Assembly (NCBI GenBank): GCA_965243625.1 | Contig: CBDEVI010000002.1 | Location: forward strand, 321,396-385,395 | Direction of reading: 5' to 3' | Origin: Chloroflexota bacterium | Lineage (GTDB): Bacteria; Chloroflexota; UBA11872 | DNA: 64,000 nucleotides | In this document: positions 60,612 to 64,000 of the stretch, piece after piece | Layout: the number at the start of each line of letters is the position of its first letter | How positions within the stretch are numbered: the first letter of the stretch is position 1 | The notes under the pieces: generated by a model | Database searches by the model: none | What the model was told of the DNA's origin: nothing | The model's input: the letters and a program-made list of their open reading frames with translations, nothing else | Made by a program: the position numbers and the translations under genes

Positions 60612-61646
60612 CTACGTGTACAGCCCAATCAGGCCTTGGCGGGTGGCGTAGCGGTCCAGGCGGTTGAAGACGGCGATGCCGCCGATGCCGCCGATAACCG
60701 CCGTGAGCGACAGGATTAGCAGTTCGGTCCAGACGGGAATCAGCGTCGGGGTGCCCAACAGCGTGTGGCGGATGGCGTCGAGGGCGTAGGTGTGGGGCAG
60801 GCCGTAGCTCAGCCAACGGACCTCGGCCGGCAGGACGCCTATGGGAAAGGCCGCGCCCGCCATGAGAAACAGGATGCCGTTGACCAATGCCGGCACGCGC
60901 CACTGCCGCAACAGCATTCCCGCGCCGGCCATGGCCAGTCCGATTCCGAAGAAGCCGATCAAGCTCAGCGCGATCGCCGGAATGCTGAGGAGGCTCACCG
61001 CTGGTAGTCCGCCCACCGAAATCAGCACCACGGCCAGGATCACCGCCGTCCACACGAGCATCTCGACCAGCTCGAAGAGCGTGAGGCCGACGACCGGCAC
61101 CCAGCGCGCCACGCGTGTGGTCCACAGGTGCGGCAGGACGCCGGTCTCGTTCGCGTGCCGCAGATAGCCTTGCGCGCCCAGCAGGGTCTGGTGGGCGACC
61201 TGCATGGCCATCCATCCCAGGGCGATGAACGCCACCACGTGCTCGCCGCCGCCGCTGGCCGCGAACCCTTCGCTGCCGAACGCCAGCTGCGCCAGCAGCA
61301 GCGGGAGGAGCACCACCGCGATGTTGACCAGGACGGCCAGCCAGCGGACCTTCTGCCGGCCGACTTGCTGCCATTCACTCAGAAACGAGGCCCACACCGC
61401 GGCCAGCGCGGGAGCGAGTCCCGGCGAATCGCGGCGCGTCAAAAGGCCTCCAGCAGCCCATGGCGGCGTGCGGCGCGTTCGAGTCGTGCAAACAACCGCC
61501 ATCCAACGGCGCCCAGGCCGAGCGTCATACCCAACAACACGGCCGAGGCCAGGTACGCCTGCGGCGCGTCGCCGAAGACCACCGCCGCCCGCAGCCCGCG
61601 GGCGATCCAGGTGAGCGGCAGCGCGTGTCCCACCGCCTGCGCCCAT
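60612..61646 (-). CDS. ABC-2-type transporter permease (start uncertain, probably internal).
   Basis: 6-TM ABC-2 topology. Operonic with the permease and ATPase upstream. Confidence 0.55.
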   Translation of the reverse strand: MGAGGGTRAAAHLDRPRAAGGGGLRRRAAGVPGLGRVVGYDARPGRRWMAVVCTTRTRRTPPWAAGGLLTRRDSPGLAPALAAVWASFLSEWQQVGRQKVRWLAVLVNIAVVLLPLLLAQLAFGSEGFAASGGGEHVVAFIALGWMAMQVAHQTLLGAQGYLRHANETGVLPHLWTTRVARWVPVVGLTLFELVEMLVWTAVILAVVLISVGGLPAVSLLSIPAIALSLIGFFGIGLAMAGAGMLLRQWRVPALVNGILFLMAGAAFPIGVLPAEVRWLSYGLPHTYALDAIRHTLLGTPTLIPVWTELLILSLTAVIGGIGGIAVFNRLDRYATRQGLIGLYT

Positions 61647-62365
61647 TCGGGGAGCACGGAGGTCGGATAGGCGATGCCGGCGAGGGTGGCCGAGGCCATC
61701 AGCAGGGCCGCGGCCAACATCCCGGCGTCCCGATAGCGAATGACGAATCCCACCAGCACGACGCCGACCGAGATGCTGGCGGTGGTACCCGTCAGCAGCA
61801 CCAGCACCAGCGCCAGCGGCGCGATCGACAGCTCGAAGCGAAAGAGCGCCAGCAGGGTCGCGAACGAGCCGATGCCGAACAAGGACTGGGCGAGGGCGCG
61901 GCCGGTGGCGTCGCCCGCCAGCAGCAGGATTCGCGGTGTCAGCGAGGCCCAGGCAACGCCCAGCGTGCCGAAGTGCCGTTCCATGGCGAGCGCGATCGAA
62001 ACGGACTGCATCGTCGTCAAGACCCAGGTGAAGACGACGATGCCGATGGCGGCGAAGGCGAGATAGTTGTCGGTGCCCGCCGCCGCGGCGAAGCGGGCGG
62101 CTTGCTGCTCATCCGGTCCGGCGAGTGCCCGAGCGCTGAGCACCACGGGCACGGTGAGCGTGAGCGACGCGAGCACGCCGATTTGCCAGAACCACCCCTC
62201 GCGCCACTGCATGCGCCAGGCCTTGGCGGCGACCGCGACGAACGCCGCCGCGTGCGCCGGCGCCCGGCGCCAGAGGTCAGACACGTTCGAATGGGCCTTC
62301 CAGGCGCACGCCGGTGAGCTTGATGAATGCGTCCTCGAGGGTGGCGTCGCGCAGGCGGGCGTCAT
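61439..62365 (-). CDS. ABC-2-type transporter permease.
   Basis: 6-TM hydrophobic profile. Overlaps the ATPase gene end. Confidence 0.6.
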   Translation of the reverse strand: MTPACATPPSRTHSSSSPACAWKAHSNVSDLWRRAPAHAAAFVAVAAKAWRMQWREGWFWQIGVLASLTLTVPVVLSARALAGPDEQQAARFAAAAGTDNYLAFAAIGIVVFTWVLTTMQSVSIALAMERHFGTLGVAWASLTPRILLLAGDATGRALAQSLFGIGSFATLLALFRFELSIAPLALVLVLLTGTTASISVGVVLVGFVIRYRDAGMLAAALLMASATLAGIAYPTSVLPEWAQAVGHALPLTWIARGLRAAVVFGDAPQAYLASAVLLGMTLGLGAVGWRLFARLERAARRHGLLEAF

Positions 62366-63332
62366 CGATGGTCACGCCGTCCGCGCGCAGCCGTTCGTCG
62401 AGGGCATGGGCCGTGCGCCAGCCGTCCGCCGCGCGCACCGCCGCCTCGATCGACCCGTCGTCCGCCGCGTCGCCCCACCACAGGGCCAGCTCTCCCAGGA
62501 CCGTCCGGGCGGCTTGCAGGTTGCCGCTGAGGCGCAGTTCGAGTCGCGGCTCCAGACCGGCTTCGCGAATCAGCTCCCGCGGGGCGCCCTCGGCCACCAG
62601 CGCGCCGCGGTGGATGATGCCGACGCGGTCACAGATCTCTTCCGCCTCGTGCATGCTGTGCGTGGTGAGCAAGACGGCTTTGCCCTCGCCGCTCAGCTCG
62701 CGAATCAGCCGGCGCGTCCCGCGCGCGGCGGCCGGATCCAACGCCGCGGTGGGCTCGTCCAGCATGAGCACCGGCGGGTCGTGGAGCAGCGTGCGGGCCA
62801 GGTTGAGGCGCTGCTTCATGCCCGTGCTGTAGGTCTCAACCAGCTGATCGGCGCGGTCCGACAGTCCCAGGTGGTCGAGCAGGCGCCTGGTGCGCTCGCG
62901 GATGGCCGATCCGGTCATGTATTCCATGCGCCCGAACAGCTCCAGGTTCTCGCGTCCGGTGAGCCGCCAGTAGAGCCCGCGCTCGCCGGCGAACATGACG
63001 CCGATGCTGCCGCGCACGTCGGCGCCCTGGCGCACGGTGTCGTAGCCGCAGACCAGCGCGGCGCCGCTTGTCGGCTCCAGCAGCGTGGAGAGCATCTTGA
63101 CGGTCGTCGTCTTGCCCGCGCCGTTCGGGCCGAGCAGGCCGTAGCACTCGCCCGCCGGAATCCGCAGGTTCAGATCGCGCACCGCCACAATCGGTTCGCC
63201 GGAGTCCTTGGGCGCTCGCCGCCGCACGATCTCCCAGGGACGGCTGCGGGGGACGCGCGGCTCGAAATGCTTGGTGAGCCCCTGCGTTTCGATCAGGTGC
63301 GTGGGTTCGCGCTCCATGCTGGTTACAGCCAA
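62277..63332 (-). CDS. ABC transporter ATP-binding protein (ABC-2 / DrrA-like exporter ATPase).
   Basis: Walker A LLGPNGAGKTTT. Signature STGMKQRL. Walker B VLMLDEPT. Confidence 0.8.
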   Translation of the reverse strand: MAVTSMEREPTHLIETQGLTKHFEPRVPRSRPWEIVRRRAPKDSGEPIVAVRDLNLRIPAGECYGLLGPNGAGKTTTVKMLSTLLEPTSGAALVCGYDTVRQGADVRGSIGVMFAGERGLYWRLTGRENLELFGRMEYMTGSAIRERTRRLLDHLGLSDRADQLVETYSTGMKQRLNLARTLLHDPPVLMLDEPTAALDPAAARGTRRLIRELSGEGKAVLLTTHSMHEAEEICDRVGIIHRGALVAEGAPRELIREAGLEPRLELRLSGNLQAARTVLGELALWWGDAADDGSIEAAVRAADGWRTAHALDERLRADGVTIDDARLRDATLEDAFIKLTGVRLEGPFERV

Positions 63333-63408
63333 CCGCGTCCGACGCCCGGCGTCAATCGAAGTCTGAGATTCCCGAGCCTAGGATGAAATGCAACGCTGGG
63401 CTGCCCCA

Positions 63409-63600
63409 TCTGTCACTCCGAGCGAAGCGAGGAGTCTCAGATCCACCACTCCGGCCGCGAGGTTGGACCCTCTAGATTCCTCACGTTCGTTCGGAATGAC
63501 ATGTCAAGCGCGGTGGCGCATGCCGCAGATCGGCTGGGAGATTCATCCGCGGCCGATCCCACGCTGCACGCAGCGCGGGCCACCGGGCATGGGCGCCCAC
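63409..63600. repeat. Composite REP cluster: GTCACTCCGAGCGAAGCGAGGAGTC, the GATTCCTCACGTTCGTTCGGAATGAC family, and the CCCACGCTGCACGCAGCGCGGGCCACCGGGC palindrome.
   Basis: Family identity with 52845-52945, 59495-59600, 28160-28250. Confidence 0.7.
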
Positions 63601-63628
63601 GAGGGACGCCGCTACACGATGGGGAGCG

Positions 63629-64000
63629 TCAATCGGCTGCGGCGGTGCTGGCAATGAGGCCCGGAATCTCGCCCAGCGCGTCGACCGATTCGCCCCGCCA
63701 TGAATCCTGTTCCGAATCCCTCGGAGCGGGCCTGCCCGGCGTCGTGATGAGAACGACCCGCATGCCGACGCGCTGCGCTCCGGTGAGCTCACCTTGCGCG
63801 CCGTCACCCACGTACATGCAGTCCGATGGGTCAACCCTCAGGCGCTCGCACGCGCGCGCGTAGATGGCGGGATCGGGCTTGGTCAGCCCCTCCGCGCAGG
63901 AAAACAGCGGCACGTCGATCGCGTCGGCGTACGGCGTTGCAGGCCATAGGAGCGGGACCTCTGGAATGCAGTTGCTGATGAGGGCTGTGCGGAGGCCCAG
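63629..64000 (-). CDS. HAD-superfamily hydrolase, partial (continues beyond the window end).
   Basis: C-terminal HAD motif region ...YVGDGAQGELTGAQRVGMRVVLI. Confidence 0.5.
   Translation of the reverse strand: MGLRTALISNCIPEVPLLWPATPYADAIDVPLFSCAEGLTKPDPAIYARACERLRVDPSDCMYVGDGAQGELTGAQRVGMRVVLITTPGRPAPRDSEQDSWRGESVDALGEIPGLIASTAAAD

Overview
High-GC (~67-70%) bacterial chromosomal window, probably Chloroflexota or Actinomycetota judging by Thr/Pro-rich linkers and composite REP-like repeats. Three functional blocks can be read from the sequence. (1) 0-17 kb is a decayed, mosaic accessory region. It holds a 1026-aa unknown protein. It holds three copies of a ~180-nt structured repeat with a tRNA-like T-arm, two of which sit in a larger ~1 kb duplicated unit with a small HTH ORF. 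These repeats flank two islets. Islet 1 is a low-GC TIR-like (DUF1863) plus small multi-TM protein pair, squeezed between an IS1182-family transposase fragment and a degenerate IS5-family element. Islet 2 is an SbcCD-like YhaO/YhaN nuclease/ATPase pair plus an IS3/IS481 remnant. (2) 17-33 kb is mostly housekeeping and accessory enzymes: alpha/beta hydrolase, M16 lipoprotein peptidase, Gfo/Idh/MocA oxidoreductase, PhyH dioxygenase, gamma-glutamyltransferase, AstE/AspA hydrolase, VOC protein, tandem MarR regulators, a VapC/Phd toxin-antitoxin pair, and a NUDIX hydrolase. (3) 34-45.7 kb is a cobalamin-riboswitch-controlled B12 uptake and salvage cluster (btuCFD-like, cobO, cobT, cobS, cobC, cobU, pduX, cobQ, cobD, cbiB). 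It is followed by a ~2000-aa secreted RCC1-repeat protein, and after several intervening genes by a second defence-like islet at 54.3-59.3 kb: PIN-like protein, MmeI-family type IIL restriction-modification enzyme, and a low-GC DUF4238 protein. This second islet is bracketed by clusters of four families of palindromic REP-like repeats. One REP unit sits in-frame inside the restriction-modification gene and another inside a GNAT gene. The window ends with an ABC-2 exporter operon and a partial HAD hydrolase. No rRNA or CRISPR was seen, and no convincing canonical tRNA was found by eye.
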